A DNA stretch of 64,000 nt from Neophaeotheca triangularis (GCA_054600435.1 BAAIJX010000026.1:62001-126000); one strand, 5' to 3'; positions 48,963-63,037 are shown, counted from the stretch's first letter. A program made the numbers and translations. The notes: generated by a model not told the origin, from the sequence alone.

Positions 48963-51790
48963 CTACCACGAAAAGGTCATCAGCGCCGGGTTGAGCGCGA
49001 TGGGGAGCAAGAAGTGGGAGACGACAATGGTCGCGAGCGGCAGGATGGCGATGAAGCTGGTGATGTTCCAGGAGTAAGGGATGAAGTCGGCAACGCCGAG
49101 GATGATCATCATGACGGTGCAGCCGAGGGTGAAGGCCATGGTGCCCTTGAACTTGCGCAGCACTTTGGGCACTTCGATGAAGAAGTTGGAGAACTCGAAT
49201 TCCTTGGCCGTCGCTCCCCAGCTCATGTCGATCTCGAACATGTGCGAGAGCAGAGCTTGCGAGACGTGCAGGGAGAGACCACCCAGGAAGATGGCGAGCA
49301 TCAGGACCCATTTGAAGTTTTCGAATAGCGAGCTGAAGAAGGATCGCTCGCCGATGCGGTAGCGCATTGTTGCCAGAGCAATGTTGCCGAGACCGTTGAA
49401 GATGATGACGATGGAGAACCACACCTTCCACGAGTCAATGTAGTACTTGTCGAGGTAGCCGTTGAACCAGCCGATGGCGAAGTAGTTGGCCAAGGTCAGG
49501 ATCCAGGCGGCGCCGATGGCGTAGTAGGTACCAATGTAGGAGATGATAGTGATCTTGGAGGTGAATCGAATGTTGGAGGTAAGGAAGCGGCGGAACAGGG
49601 GAGTGAAGGGACCCCTCCACAGCCAGGTCCTGATGGGGTGGAACAGAAGCTCGTTGCACCCGTAGGCGTACTTCTCCCAGCGTGCAAGCTCGTCGTAGAC
49701 GGTGAGTGAGACACCCTCGAGGAATTGGCCGTGGTCCCAGCTGGCAAGACGGATGATGTAGCCGGCGCATTGCAGACGGAGCGACATGTCAAAGTCTTCA
49801 GACACGTGGCTCTCCGACCAGAACTTCTCGTAGTTGTCCTCGTCGTAGTAGCTGACCTGCTGGATAGCAGCCCACCTCAGAATAGCGTTGTGGCCGACGA
49901 AAGGAGCAACGTCACCGTTGGAGACGGTGTACTTGATAGCGCTGTAGATAAGGTTGGTGAAGAATTCAATTCCGTTCTCGAAGAAGCTGCCGGTAACGTT
50001 CATGACACCAGAGGCGAATTGGATGATACCGACATCCTGGCTCTGTTCCATTTCAGATACGGCGTCGAGGAAGCAGTCGGCGGGTACACGAGTGTCGGAA
50101 TCGATCAGGAGGATGTAGTCACCAACGCGAACGTTGCCATCGGCCCAGGCACGACCATGCTCTTCGAGGACTTCGCGCAGGCACTTTTCGTAGGCGACAG
50201 CCTCCTCGTTTTGAGTCCAACCATCGTGACGCTCGATGCCGAGGAGTTTCTCTTCGACGTTGTTGCTAATCATCAAACCAAAGTTCATGTTGGAAGCCTG
50301 CGTCGTATTGGTTAGCATTGACCCGGCAGTGTGGTTGTCGGAACCTTGCGGAGAAGCGCCGCCGCCGCTGCTGACCAAAGACGGCAGACAACAGGGTCGA
50401 CGACAACTCTGGAGCAAGTGTTCCGTGGATCTGTACAACATACCTTCTTGAACTTGCCGCGCCTCTGGAAACCTTCGGAACCATGCTTGGGCCTGGCGGT
50501 CCAACCGATGCAGTGATCGGCGTAGAAGTCGATACGAGCTTGTCGCTCCTCCTCGTCGAGAAGCTGGAGACCGTCGTCGTTGATGAAGATGTTGGCGCTG
50601 CCACCTTGAAGCTCGTAAGTCGAGATAGCCTGCTTGATGGACTTGATCGTAGGAGCGATGACGGAGTAGAGACCTTCCTTGTAGACAGGGGCTTGAATTG
50701 TGACGTGGGGAAGCTCCTTTCCTTGGAGACGGCGGGGCTTCAATGCGGAGTAGAATCGGCTGTTCTCGTTGACTTGCTTGATTGGGCCGATGATCTGAGC
50801 AATACATCCGACAATAACTTGACCAAAGAACTGGGGTGATAGTGGTTAGTAACTGAAGGGCTAGAATGATGAGGTCTCGTAACTTACCAGAGTGAAGAAA
50901 ACCTGCACGGGAATCAGGATGAGGAAGAGAAGGCGGGTGTAGTCTGAGTCGACCGCGATCGAAACGGCAATCTCGCGGAAACCGGCGCCCAACATGACAA
51001 TGACGAGGATGAGCGTGAGCGAGACGAGGACGGTGTTTTGCAGATGCGTCGCCCTCTTCTCTGGCAGGACCTCGCCACTCTCGGGGTCAATCTCCTCGGC
51101 GACGACGGCAGCGCCCTTCTTCTCATCCGGCTCATCTTCCTCGACACCTTCCGGCTCGCCCGTCCTCCAGACCAATTGCATGAGATCAGCCTCGATAGCT
51201 TTTGCGCGAGGCATGAGGTTGTTGGCCTCGTCATCCCATACGACCAATAGTCCTTCGGAGGCGATGAATGCAGCAAACTGGTGTTTCCTGGCCTTTGGAA
51301 GTTCTTCCATTGTAGGTAGAACTTGGACTCTCAGACCGTTGGTGAGAGGAACGTCGGTCGCATCCGGTGACCAAGAAAGGAACGTCTTGATGACTCTGCT
51401 GTTGACGGTCATTGCGGAATGTGCGTTGAGGGCGAGGACACCCTGAGCGAAAACGGATTGAGTGAGTTGAGGCGGGCAGGCGAGGTAGCTGCCCTTTGCT
51501 TTGCGGACCATGACACCCTCCATCTGGCCGGTACCATCGCCAATCCACATGGTCGAGCATTGTTGTTGGAAGAGGTAGTTGACCATGACCTCGTGTCGAA
51601 TGTCCTCCATGAAGCCTGTGCTCCGCTGCGAAACGATTGACGGTGCGTAAGAGCCAGGTCTAAGAAGTCCAGGTGTAGAAGCACCAGATGGTTGTGGTAG
51701 GGCGTTGCCCTTCTCGGTCATCTGAGGGGGAGCATTGGGGGCATCCTTCTCGTCCTTCTTGCCGTTCTTGAAGTAGCTCTTGAGACCCAT
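48963..51790 (-). CDS. Multi-pass processive glycosyltransferase family 2 protein; introns 50831-50887 and 50298-50443
   Basis: LPHVTIQAPVYKEG, INDDG, FKK|ASNMN, LIDSD (DxD), VGHNAILR, VSEDF, ELARW, multiple C-terminal TM helices. Confidence 0.9.
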
Positions 51791-54700
51791 GATGATACTT
51801 TCGCAAGGCTCAGAAGCCTTGTTGTTGTTGTTTCGGGTACAGTACTACAGCTATCAGATAGCTGGATTTAAATGCAATTGATTAACGGTGAGGGTGTAGT
51901 CGATTGGCGAAAGTCGATTAGTATATAGAACGAATGTAATAGACAGCACGAAGCTGAAGGGAAGTGATTGAGGAAAGGAGCAGCGGCAGGCTACCTTGCT
52001 GCTGGAACGAATGTGGTGAGGTGGGTGGATGGGGTGGATAGGAAGGCAGAGAAACGTGAAGATGCGTGACGAGGAGGTATATGAAACCAGAGGAGGTAGC
52101 AACGGGGCAGCGTGGAGCAGCAGCGGTGCCAGTAGCATGACAGTAACAGACTTGCTACGGCTTTACCTTGGACTCGTCGAGACTCAACAACACCCATGGC
52201 GTATTGGCAGGCGATAGTGGCTTCAGGTTTGAGTTTGGAGGCACATGGCAGCCGTGACTGAAGATCCGGTAAACTTCGTGAGTTCGTAGGCCCCGAGGTG
52301 TGGGTCACCGGCTGCAGCTAAAGTCAAATCTCTAGCGCTGCTGAATGGAGATGCTTGGCGGTCGCAGAGGCTCGTGTTAGTAGAACGACTTCAGACTCTA
52401 ATGACCTGCAAGCGGCGAACTAGAGCTGGGAAACGCTGCCGGGATGGTGAATGAATAATCATGTCGTCGGCCGCAACATCCGAATGATCAATGCAGGCGA
52501 GGACATGATCGCTGCATGTCCTAGTGGTGAAAGCTAACGTTACGACCGCTGCGAAATAATAGAAACGATCAATAATACCGTGGAAAACAAACGCACGACG
52601 ACTCGCAAACTGCCTAGCCCTCTGACATTAGAGCAGCATCATTTCGGTGGAATAGCTAGCTAGCATGCTACATACCTTGGTTCCCTCGCTGCAACATCGC
52701 TTAAGGGTGAGGTCAATAATGAAAGTCACTTTGCGATTTGACTGTTCAATGCTCAGCCCCGCCGCCCAGGAGACTGGAAGCAGTGCTGGGCCGTGAAGAA
52801 GATGACATATTCCCGAGGCCTTGACCAGAATTTGGCAGCAGGCCAGAGTCTGGTTCGGTAATACTGGGGGAGGGGGCCCTGAGCGGTAACTGACAAAGTG
52901 ACAAAGCTGAAGTGTGAAGAATTTGTGGATTCGAGACCAGCGATGAGACGACCATGGAAAGTTTGGGTGAAGTCGGGAAAGGCGGGAGACGGGAGTGCTA
53001 CTGGCAGATCTCTAATTCTTCTATTCTGGTACTCGGCCCACCCCCCTGACCATGCTTTCCCAATCTGTAAGGTAGGTACCTTGTAGTAAAATAGGTAGGT
53101 TAGATATGCAAATACTGTACCGTGCAGACAGTAAAAGATAGCTGTAGTCAAACGCGGTCAACTAGTAGCATCCATGAAGATTCTCGCTACCTGCTATTAT
53201 TATTACTTACTATTGCACTTATTCATCAACGTTTCACCTAACCATACATTGCCAATACTACTACTAGGGTATTTTTCCTTCTCTACATACTGTACCCTTT
53301 GCTGCTTGGCGAAAGGCAGAAGCCAGGGTCGCTACCGAGTCCAGTGCGTAACAAAGCCCGTCTCGACCTATGACTGAGCTGTCTTTTTCGAGGCATCGCA
53401 TCTCATTAACCATGGAGTGATCGGTAATACAGCACGCCACGAGCATCATAATTATTACACCCAGCAGATCTGTACCATATCTTCAATATTAGCTATAACT
53501 ATCTCGGGCGGTGTCTATTTGCGGGCGATCGACAGCCTATAGCGATCAAACCTAGAAACTCCTCTCCTGCATTACAATCTAGGGGACGCCTATAAACGAG
53601 TGGCTTGCCTATCCTACTATGTGCTGAACAGTGAAAAGCCTTTCCAAACTCACCACAACCTTACCTCGACGGCCGGGCAGGTCTGAAGCCACATCCGTCC
53701 AGACATCCTGACAAAGGTGGCGCAAAGCCAGCACCAGCATTCGGTACTTCTACAATGGGTATCTTCGCAAATCGCAACAGCACGGTAGCATTCGCTAGCC
53801 CCAACGGCAGCGGCACCAACGCGGTGGTTTCTCTTCTCTCCTTTCTTCACGGGAGTCCAGTCCTCGGACTTTCAGAGTTCGACGTCGCCGTTGGAAGACA
53901 ATTCATCATCACTGCCGGGCGCGTACCGCCAAGGTCGTTGGAATGAATAATGGTGGGTTGAAGGCGTCGTTTCGCTTCATGAACCGCAAACGGCGTTTGG
54001 CGCAAGTCTCGAGTCGTGACAGTTGCGCTCGTCGCGTGCTGCCACCCAACGCCACCATTCTGCGAACGTTCTTTGGACTGTTCTTGTGGGCTCACGGGAG
54101 ATCTTGCCGGTTAGTAGGACGTCGTCTGGCTCATGGCGAGAAGGAAGAGATGCGTCCCTCAAGCTTGATTTGTGGATCTGGGAGCCCGCGATAGCCATTA
54201 TTGAGCACCCATTAGTTACTTGGTTTTCCGGTGAAGCACTACAGATCCCGTAAGGCCCAGGCATCCCGCATTATTGCTGCTTCAAGATCTTGCCGGCATG
54301 GAATTTTCCTTCTTTCACGGCAGAATTCATTGATTAATCTCCGATGAGTCCACCTGAAATCTCGCACTCGGTATCTAGCGTTGTGGGGCAAACGACGGGT
54401 TGTAGGGCGCTGTTCGATATGACACTTTATCTTCGAGCATGGCATCTACCGCGTGCAGGTCGCGGTTCGACGCCTTCAAAGAAAACGGTCGCAAGGTCTG
54501 GTCTCAGCGTTGTGTGTTTGCATCTACAGCGGTTCTACGACTGCAAACGAACGACCAGGAGGAGATGCGATGAAGCTTATAATTGCAATGCATCTAAGGA
54601 AGAATAGCCGCGCTACTAGCTAGGTACAGTACAGTGTACTTGATATGGCGAAGCTTAACCACGAACAATCTGATTCTGACCCACCTGGTTCCTGCTTGCC

Positions 54701-55793
54701 TGCAGGCTGCAGTGGTAGTGCGGACAGCATGCACGGAAGTGGATGGTAGTAGTAGTGCTGCAGGTACGACTATCTCCGGAAGCAGAAGCTGTGCACTACG
54801 ACAGGGCAGCTCGCCGAGTATCTTCGACCATGACGACTCTTTGACTAGCAGCATTGTTGACGACGACTGATGAAGTGCGCGAAGATGTCCTGTAGCAGCG
54901 ACGCTTTCGTTGCTACAGTGTCTGCAGTAGTCACCCTGACGACAATCGTTACGATGGGTTTGATGATGAAGTGGAAGTCTTCGGCCGCCGTTCGTGAGCG
55001 TAGATCTCCACCGTTGTCTTCGCGTGGCATCGGGCTCCAACAAGGGTGACGACTTGGCGGGATCTCGTGGTCTGCCGTGCCCGTAGCGATGATCATATAC
55101 GTTGCCGGGAAAAAGTCAACTACTTCCCTGTATGTAGATTGTAAATGCAATAATAATGCTTTCGGTTTGATTGTTATTATTGTTATTATTGCGAGGGAAG
55201 TGATGAGAAGTCGCCGAGAGGTGCGACGTTGAGAAGGGAACTACCGAACGAGCCGCCAGGCCGATTCTCGCTATAGAGGTACCGATAAGGTTGGCGCTAG
55301 GCCGGCACCACATGTCTCCAACCCTTCATCACTACTATTTGCGGGTGTATAAACCAAGATATTATTATTATCACTATTCTTCTTCTTTTCATCGCTTATG
55401 GGCCGAGCGACTCCACACCGTTCAATGGATTATTGTAGTCGCTGTCACTACGGGTCACCTACAACAATGACCACCAAAAAACCATGTTCACCCGTCCCGA
55501 GGCCAGTATCATCAAGCATCGAGCAGATACAAGATACGGGTGCTGCACATGTTCATGGACGCGGCCATGGCTAGACGCAGCCAGTGACTTCATCCGAGCC
55601 AATTCTTACCTCTATACTCACGGCCTACTTCGCCCTCGACCCTTACCTTTCCGACCCTGACTCAACCGGCCTAATCCGCTGGTTCCTACCAATGGAAGCT
55701 ATGGATAGAGTTCAACTCTGATTTGTCGGCAGGCTGGACCGTGCTCCTCCGGGTCATCGGTCAGGAAAAGCACAGAAGTAACAGAAGACCTGA

Positions 55794-55813
55794 GTAGTAG
55801 TAGTAGTAGTAGT
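55794..55813. repeat. (AGT)n microsatellite
   Basis: agtagtagtagtagtagtagt. Confidence 0.75.
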
Positions 55814-56208
55814 GTATCTGTAGATGTTACTGCTACTACTACAACTACTAGTTCAAGTGTAATACTAGTGTCCCTCGTCGGACGGGCTAGGGATAGGTGC
55901 GGTGCGGTGGAGTCTGCCCCGTGCTGGAGATGCAAAACCTTGACAAGTTTTACAATTCACAACGGCCCTGCCGCCTGCAGAACCTGCTTGCCTGCACGGG
56001 AGCCCTACCGAGCTCACCCACGATAGTCTACTATCAAAACAAGGTAGCCACTAGCGTTTGCGCTCCCGAGAGGTTCCTGAACTCTTGCCGCATCGAGAAT
56101 GGCTAGACAAACCTTGGTGAATGTCTTGTGAGTCGGGACGGCGGGAGACGTCCCAACCAAGCCCGATTTGGCAGCGTCTGGAGCTTCGTCCGGACATGAC
56201 ATGGCATG

Positions 56209-56258
56209 ACAATAATAATGACAATAATAATAACAATAATAACAACAATAAGAATAAT
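56209..56258. repeat. (AAT/AAC)n low-complexity tract
   Basis: acaataataatgacaataataataacaataataacaacaataagaataat. Confidence 0.75.
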
Positions 56259-56734
56259 GTGCTCACCTCGGCGCTCGCATGGAATTCGATTGAGACGTCC
56301 CAAGCCCGGCTGGATGGCGTCGCTGAACTCAAACCCAAAGTCAAGCCCAACCTTAGCCTCTGCAGATGCCAGGCATGCCGCATCTAGTACCAAAACTCCA
56401 CTCTTCTTCTACTCACTCGTCAACAGAGCAGCCGCAGCGGCCTTGGTTCAAAATATTGCTGGCCTCCCTCTCTCCACCCACCCTCCCTGCACTTCTGATA
56501 GAGCTCACATCACATCTCATCATCTACCCTCCTGGCCCCCCTCCCTTTCCTCCACCATCTCACAGCTTATCCCAAAGAACTACCTCTCGCATTCCTTATC
56601 TCAATAATTACTACCATCCTCCTACAACCATACCCACCTGTGCCTTCTATTCTCTTGTGAAGGCCCCTCACCAGCGAAAAGTAGCTTTTTGATACCCAAT
56701 CTCTTGCGCTTCGCGCGCTCATAATCACACTACA

Positions 56735-58238
56735 ATGGACTACCAGCAAGCTGGCTCGTCCAATGCCGCAGGAACGGAGCACAGAGCGAGCACACCAGAG
56801 AGCGACATGATCTCCCCACAGAGGCCCGCCACCAACCCTTTTGGCACTCCGTACGGCTCTGGAACCCCATATGGCTCTGTCCCCCCGTCACGAATGGCCT
56901 CTTCCTCGGCGCTGAACAGCCTGCCTCCACAAAAGTACTTCCACTCTAGGAGAGTGAAGAAAGGAGAGGTTGAGCGGCCGTGGCTTGACCGCAAAGACCC
57001 CAAGGAGAAATGGGTCACCATAATACCAATCATCGGCATCGTCATCGGTCTGGCGCTTACCGGTTTCCTGATTTACGATGGTCTATCGTCTGTCTCCAAC
57101 TTCAGCTACTGCGACGTCTTGGATGTCGACTTCTCCCAAAATGGCCTCGACAGCGACGTCTGGACCAAGGAAGTGGAAGTCGGTGGCTACGGGTAAGTTT
57201 GCTGGCAAACAATGTCACCTCCATCAGCGCTGACTCCAGCATAGCAACGGTCACTTCGACATGACGACCGCCGGCGACGAGAATGCATACGTCGAGGATG
57301 GCATGCTCATCATCAAGCCGACCCTGCAAGATGAAGACCTGATTGAGACAAACAACGTAATCAATTTGCTCAAGCAGGACTCCTGTACATCCGACGTTTG
57401 GTCCAACTGCGTTGCAGTCACCAACACCACCAATGGCACCATCGTCAACCCTGTCAAGTCCGCTAGACTAAACACCAAGAAGGGCGCCTCCATTAAATAC
57501 GGACGTGTCGAAGTCGAGGCTAAGCTTCCCATTGGCGACTGGCTCTGGCCCGCCATCTGGATGATGCCTGTCGAGAACACCTATGGCGCATGGCCTGCCT
57601 CGGGCGAGATCGACATTGTCGAGTCGCGCGGCAACAACTACACTTACCCTCAGGGCGGTAACAACATTGTCTCCTCCACCCTCCACTGGGGTCCCGACTC
57701 CAACAACGACGGCTGGTGGCAGAACAACGTCAAGCGCGAGGCGCTGCACGAGACGTACGGCGACAGCTTCCACACCTTTGGCATTGAATGGAGCGAGAAG
57801 TACATCTTCTCCTACATCGACACCCGCCTGCTCCAGGTCATGTACGTCAACTTCGACAAGCCCTTCTGGGACAAGGGCAACTTCCCCCCTGCCAACGCCA
57901 ACGGCACTTCGCTCGTCGACCCCTGGAGCCAAACCGGCGACGACGCCACCCCCTTCGACCAGGACTTCTACCTCATCCTCAACGTCGCCGTCGGTGGCAC
58001 AAACGTAAGTCACAAATTCCCTCAAACCGCAAAGTCAACAAATCACTAACACCCACCACAGGGCTGGTTCGAGGACGGCGTCAACGGCAAGCCCTGGGTC
58101 GACGGTTCGGAGACTGCCAGTCACGAGTTCTGGAAGGGACGCGACCAGTGGTACCCGACGTGGGAGAAGAACGGCCAGATGCAAATCAAGAGCGTGAAGA
58201 TGATGCAGCAGAGCGGTTTCAAGGGCTGCAACGCTTAA
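56735..58238 (+). CDS. Type II membrane-anchored GH16 beta-1,3-glucanase / glucan-binding-protein-like; introns 57193-57244 and 58005-58061
   Basis: YFHSRR before a single TM helix; KYGRVEVEAKLPIGDWLWPAIWMMP; catalytic GEIDIVESRGN; PFDQDFYLILNVAVGGTN|GWF. Confidence 0.92.
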
Positions 58239-59155
58239 GCGCCCGTCAACCCGTCTTGCCCTGCATCATCGCTGCTCCTCCATCTGTTTCTCGTTTTCTT
58301 CCCTTTTCTTTCCCCCTTTCTCTCTCGATAGATCGAAAGGCCGACTGCGCGCCTCCTTTCTTCCCGTCATACCCTCGAGTAACTAGCGTGTGCAGACGCC
58401 CGGTCGGCGTTTTTGGTGGCTGTGTCTTTGGGGGGTGTTTTTGTTTAGTACATTTTGTTTTGGCGAGAGATGCAACATTCCCGTCATTCTACCATCGCAG
58501 AGAACGGCTTCATGGGACAGGGTTCCGACTGGACTGCAAGCGGACGGATCATGTCTTTTGTGCGTCTCTGTCTGTCTGTCTGTCCTTTGCGATTAGCCTA
58601 CATATCCCTATCTATATATCTATCCATCTAATCCACGGAACAAACTCGTCCATCCGCTCGACCTCTTCGTCGTTGCTCGTTCGCCGCTCAAACAGCAGAC
58701 TCATCGTAGACCCAATACAATCGCCGGCCAGTCGTTTCGCCAGTTCCTGATCTACAACTCCTCCTCTTCCGCCTCACAACTCTCTTGCGCTTCACCCTCC
58801 CTCCCACTCCATCCACTAGCCACCCGCCCGTCCCCCGGCGTCTGATGACCTACATCAAATAACCAAGGCCACCCGGCTACCAAAGCCGCTTCCACAACTC
58901 GCGCCCAACCCCGACCCGAAAAAACACAAACAACGCTTGCCGAGCAAAGTGGAGGGGGGGTTTAAGGGTTCAGGGATGGGAAAGTCGCGTGGGCATTGGG
59001 GGAGAACGGTGACCGAAGGGGAGGTGCGCTGTGGATTTTATTTGCTTCCAAGTGCGTAGGGTGAGTGGTATGTATGGATGCATGCATGCATGCGTGCATG
59101 CTTGCCTTTTGCTCGACACGGTGCCTGACATGTAGACCTATTCGATGCTACCGCA

Positions 59156-59214
59156 ATGGATGGATGAATGGATGGATGGATGGATGAATGGATGAATGGA
59201 TGAGTGAATGAATG
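59156..59214. repeat. (TGGA/TGAA)n tetranucleotide microsatellite
   Basis: atggatggatgaatggatggatggatggatgaatggatgaatggatgagtgaatgaatgg. Confidence 0.85.
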
Positions 59215-59576
59215 GCAAAACCTTTCTATTGATGAGAGGTCGAGGGCCCCTCCGCTATCATGTCTATGTTGAAAAGCAAACGCCAACGCATGAACGAGCC
59301 GCAAACTCCTCCAGGCGAAAAATATGCTAGAACTTTTTGTTGCGGACGAACCGTCCATGACCGTCGAACGCCCAAGCGAGGAAAGCTGCATTTCCAAAAA
59401 AAGAAAAAAAAAAAGAAAAAGCGCAAAGCAGGCGAGAAATGGCGACGCGGCCGTTTTGATGCATCATTCTATTACCGCCCAGAAACCACCGCCATCCATT
59501 GCATATCAAACGCCGAGCCCATGCATATCTATCCATACCTCATAACCCCACCATCCCCATCTCTTTCTGACTTCGC

Positions 59577-62500
59577 TCAAGCATCATCATCGGTATCCGG
59601 CGGGTGCGGTGTGCCCTTTGGCGAGTTCAGCCACTCAATATGCCTCAGCCGTCTCCTAACCTCACGCTCCTTCTGCTGCGCGCGAGTCAACTTGGTCTTC
59701 TTCTTCTTCGCCTTGAACTTCATCTCGCCCTCATCGCCGCTCTGCGCCGGAGTGCCAGTGGCAGAAGAGACATTGGAAGAAGCGACAGCGCTGCTAGCAA
59801 GGCTGGGGGTGCCGGGAGCGCCGCGAGCGGGAGTGCTGGCGCCGCTGTCGCCGCCGTCACCGAAGCGGCCCGCGTCGATTGCGAGGTAGCCTTTTTGCGT
59901 GAGGCGGCCGTTGTCCACGTGCCACTGTTCGGGGCAGAGGGCGCCGACAAATTCTTCGTTGTGGGAGATCATGACTACACCGCCCTTCCAGTCGCGGATG
60001 GCGACGGCGAGACCGCCGAGGGAGTCACGGTCGAGGAAGTTGGTCGGTTCGTCCAAGACGAGGAGATGAGGGTTGTTCCTGATTGCGACGGTCAGTAACT
60101 TTCGAAGTCGGCGAAAAGTAGACAGATGGGAAAGACATACCACATAGCACCCGCAAGCACAACCTTGACCTTTTGTCCACCAGACAGACCGGAGATCTCG
60201 TTGTGGTTGGCAATCTCCGGGTCCAAGCCGACATCCTCAAAGTGCTTGGAGATGACCTTGGGCTCGAGAGTCCTGAAACCCAGACCCTCTCTGCTAGCCT
60301 CGTGGTCGTCAAACTCTTGAATCAACTTCTGGTAACCTTGCTCCATAAGAGTCTCTCTCGAGATCATGGTGTTGTTCTTGGGAAGGAGACCGATCCACTT
60401 GACCTCGTACTGGAAAGTCTTCTTGTACTTTTGACGACCGATGAGCGCCTCGATGCGCTTCGGGCCTTTGCCATCGCCGATGTCGATGTGCTTGTCCATC
60501 TGAGCTTGGTCTTCGCTAGTAAGGACACGCGTTTGCTTCATGAGCACTTCGCGGTCGTCACCGTTGGCGTAACGCCACTGGAGGTACTGGTTGGGCGTCT
60601 TCTCCATGTGCATTTCAACGTGCTCAAGCGCGTGCTGCTTAATGTAACCGATACGCAAGTTGGGATGCTTCTCGACCTTGCCAATCTGGGGCACGACCTC
60701 ACCGGTCAAGACCTTGATGAGGGTGGATTTGCCGGCACCGTTGGGTCCGATGATGGCGACACGGGAGGAGAGCGAAAGGTTGCAAGAGACGTCTTGAAGA
60801 TTAGGCTTCTCAGTGCCGGGGTAGGTAAAGGTGCAGCCCGACATGCGCAGAATGGAGCGGGTGTTGGACTTGACGCCGGTCAAGATACCCGGAGGAGGGA
60901 ACTTGAACTGCACCTGCGTGGCAGAGAGAGTGTAGTAAGATTTGGCTTCAGGCTTCTGCTTGACAAATTCGGACAAGTTACCCTTGTAGCGGATGAGCTT
61001 CTTCTGCTCGTAGTGGTAGATGTCGGTGCAAACTTCGTCGAGGAAACCGGAGTCGTGCGAGACGATAAGGGAGGTGATCTCGGTGTGAGTCTTGAGGTAC
61101 TCCTGCAGCCACTTGACATTGGCGACATCCAAATGGTTGGTAGGTTCGTCGAGCAAGAAGACGTCGGCGCGCATCAACATGGCGCGAGCCAAGGCGAGCT
61201 TCATCTTCCAACCACCGGAGAGAGAGCCGACCTTTGCGTGTTGGCGACCTTCAGGGCCGGAGGTAAAGCCGACTTGATCTAGAACGTCCGAGATACGGTC
61301 CTTGCCCTCATTCTGGAGCTCGGGGTCCTTAAGACAGTATTCCAAAATGGTGAGGTCGGCATCTTCGCCTTGGTTGTGCTCGACAAAGCACGTCCTGACT
61401 TCACTTTGAGGCGGGAAACCTTCAAGCTTGCCGTTGGCGATGGAGCGCATGAGCGTGGACTTGCCAGCACCGTTGCGGCCGACAAGTCCGTAGCGGTGAC
61501 CCTTTAGCAATCTCAGGTTGGTGTGCGACAGCAGAAGCATTCCTCCGTAACCGAGTGAGAATACAGCGTTGACAATCTCAGTCTCACCATCGTCGACCTT
61601 GATGGGCGCGCCGAATTTGCGGACATCCTCGTCCACGAAGAACTTGTGAATGGCCTCGCCCGTCGCCTCTGCCTTCTCGCTATCCATCAACGATTGCAGG
61701 TAGGGCGTGCTGTCGGACACGATCCGGTCAAGCTCGCGCTGGTTGACGACCTCAGCCACCATGTCGGAAATGTAGATCTTGGCCAACTTCCACACTTCCG
61801 CGTCGCCAGGGTAGTCCTGCATGCCGCCGTTCTGCTTGACCTCCTTCTCGAGCACGGCAAGCACGTCTTCGCGGGAAGTCTTGGAGACAGCGTTGAAAGT
61901 CTCCTTGTCGCCGTTCTGTTCCCCTTCGCCCATGGCCTTGATCATGACATCCAGAGCTCTTTGTCCAATCTCGCGCACTTCCGGGAGAGACGCACCGTCC
62001 TTGACAGCCTGAACACCAGGCTTCAACTTGGGCAAGAATGTGCGGGCTTCTACCGGGTCGTGGACAAGCTTCGTCAAGTTCTCGACCACAACGGCAGTCT
62101 GGCGCAAGACTTCTTGAGCGGTGGTAGGAGTGTTGAGGGCGCGCTCCAAAAGAGGTGTGAGGAGTGCGAGCACAGGGGAGGTGACGACAGTGACGAAGGT
62201 TGTCTGCGAGAGAGCGTGAATGGCCTTGCGCTGCGCCTCTGTGCTGGGATCTTCCATGCTCTTGACCAACAAAGGTATCCGCGGCTCAATATCGTCATTT
62301 TGTAGCAGAGTAGTCAGGCTGTTCATCGCCTTCACGGCCTGCTTAGAGACCTCAGTCTTCAAGTCGTGCATGCCTTGCTCGACTATGGGAATCAAGCTCT
62401 CGAGCTTCTTGCCCATGGCCTCACGCAGCACGTCCTTGTTCTTCTCAACTTCTCTGCTCTCCATTCCAATCTTCGCCTTGTCCGCCATGCGACCAATCAG

Positions 62501-63037
62501 CTCGAGCGCACCTACAGCACCCTGCCATTTGCCAGACTTCTTGGCGAGGTATTGCATGAGCACGGGCAAGAGAGCGTAAACTTTGGCTTCAGGTCGGAGG
62601 TGGTCGAAGAGCACGTCAAGCGCATACCTCGCGCCATCCTTGACCGCCGAGCCCTTGTCGGACAACAGATCAAGCGCGCAAGGTACCAGAGACTCCTGTT
62701 GTAGCAAGAAGACTACCTCGCTGATGGGGGCTTTTGGCGGGAACTTCTCGAAAAGCGCGCCAAGAGCGAACATGGAACCCTCTCTTTTCGCAGCATCCTT
62801 CTTGTTGGTGGCAGCCTTGACGATCTCTGGCAGAATGCCGTAGCTGAGCAGGCCACGGAAACCGACGGAGTTGAGCATGGCGTCCGTCAGCGCGTAGGAG
62901 CCGTCGAGAGACTCCTGGGAGGTCTTGGAGGAGTAGATTTGCTTTGTGAGGGAGGCGACATCGTCGGGAGAAGGGGCGGCGTCCTTGCCGGAAACCATAA
63001 CTGCGGGCGCCATGGGAGGAGATTCGTGGTGTGGCAT
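59577..63037 (-). CDS. NEW1: eEF3-like ABC-F ATPase New1/Elf1 (HEAT repeats, two ABC domains, chromodomain insertion); intron 60079-60140
   Basis: GRNGAGKST, LSGGWKMK, LLDEPTNHLD, GPNGAGKST, chromo-like GRQKYKKTFQYEVKW, LSGGQKVK, W|NNPHLLVLDEPTN; C-terminal WLNSPKGTPHP. Confidence 0.9.

Noticed and set aside
57788..58750. 320-aa ORF overlapping the GH16 3' end
   Set aside because: Alternative frame running into the 3'UTR; the spliced GH16 model explains the region.
60173..62305. 369-aa and 219-aa plus-strand ORFs antisense to NEW1 (likewise 36295-37134, 19239-20105, 25117-25704)
   Set aside because: Antisense shadows of conserved genes.
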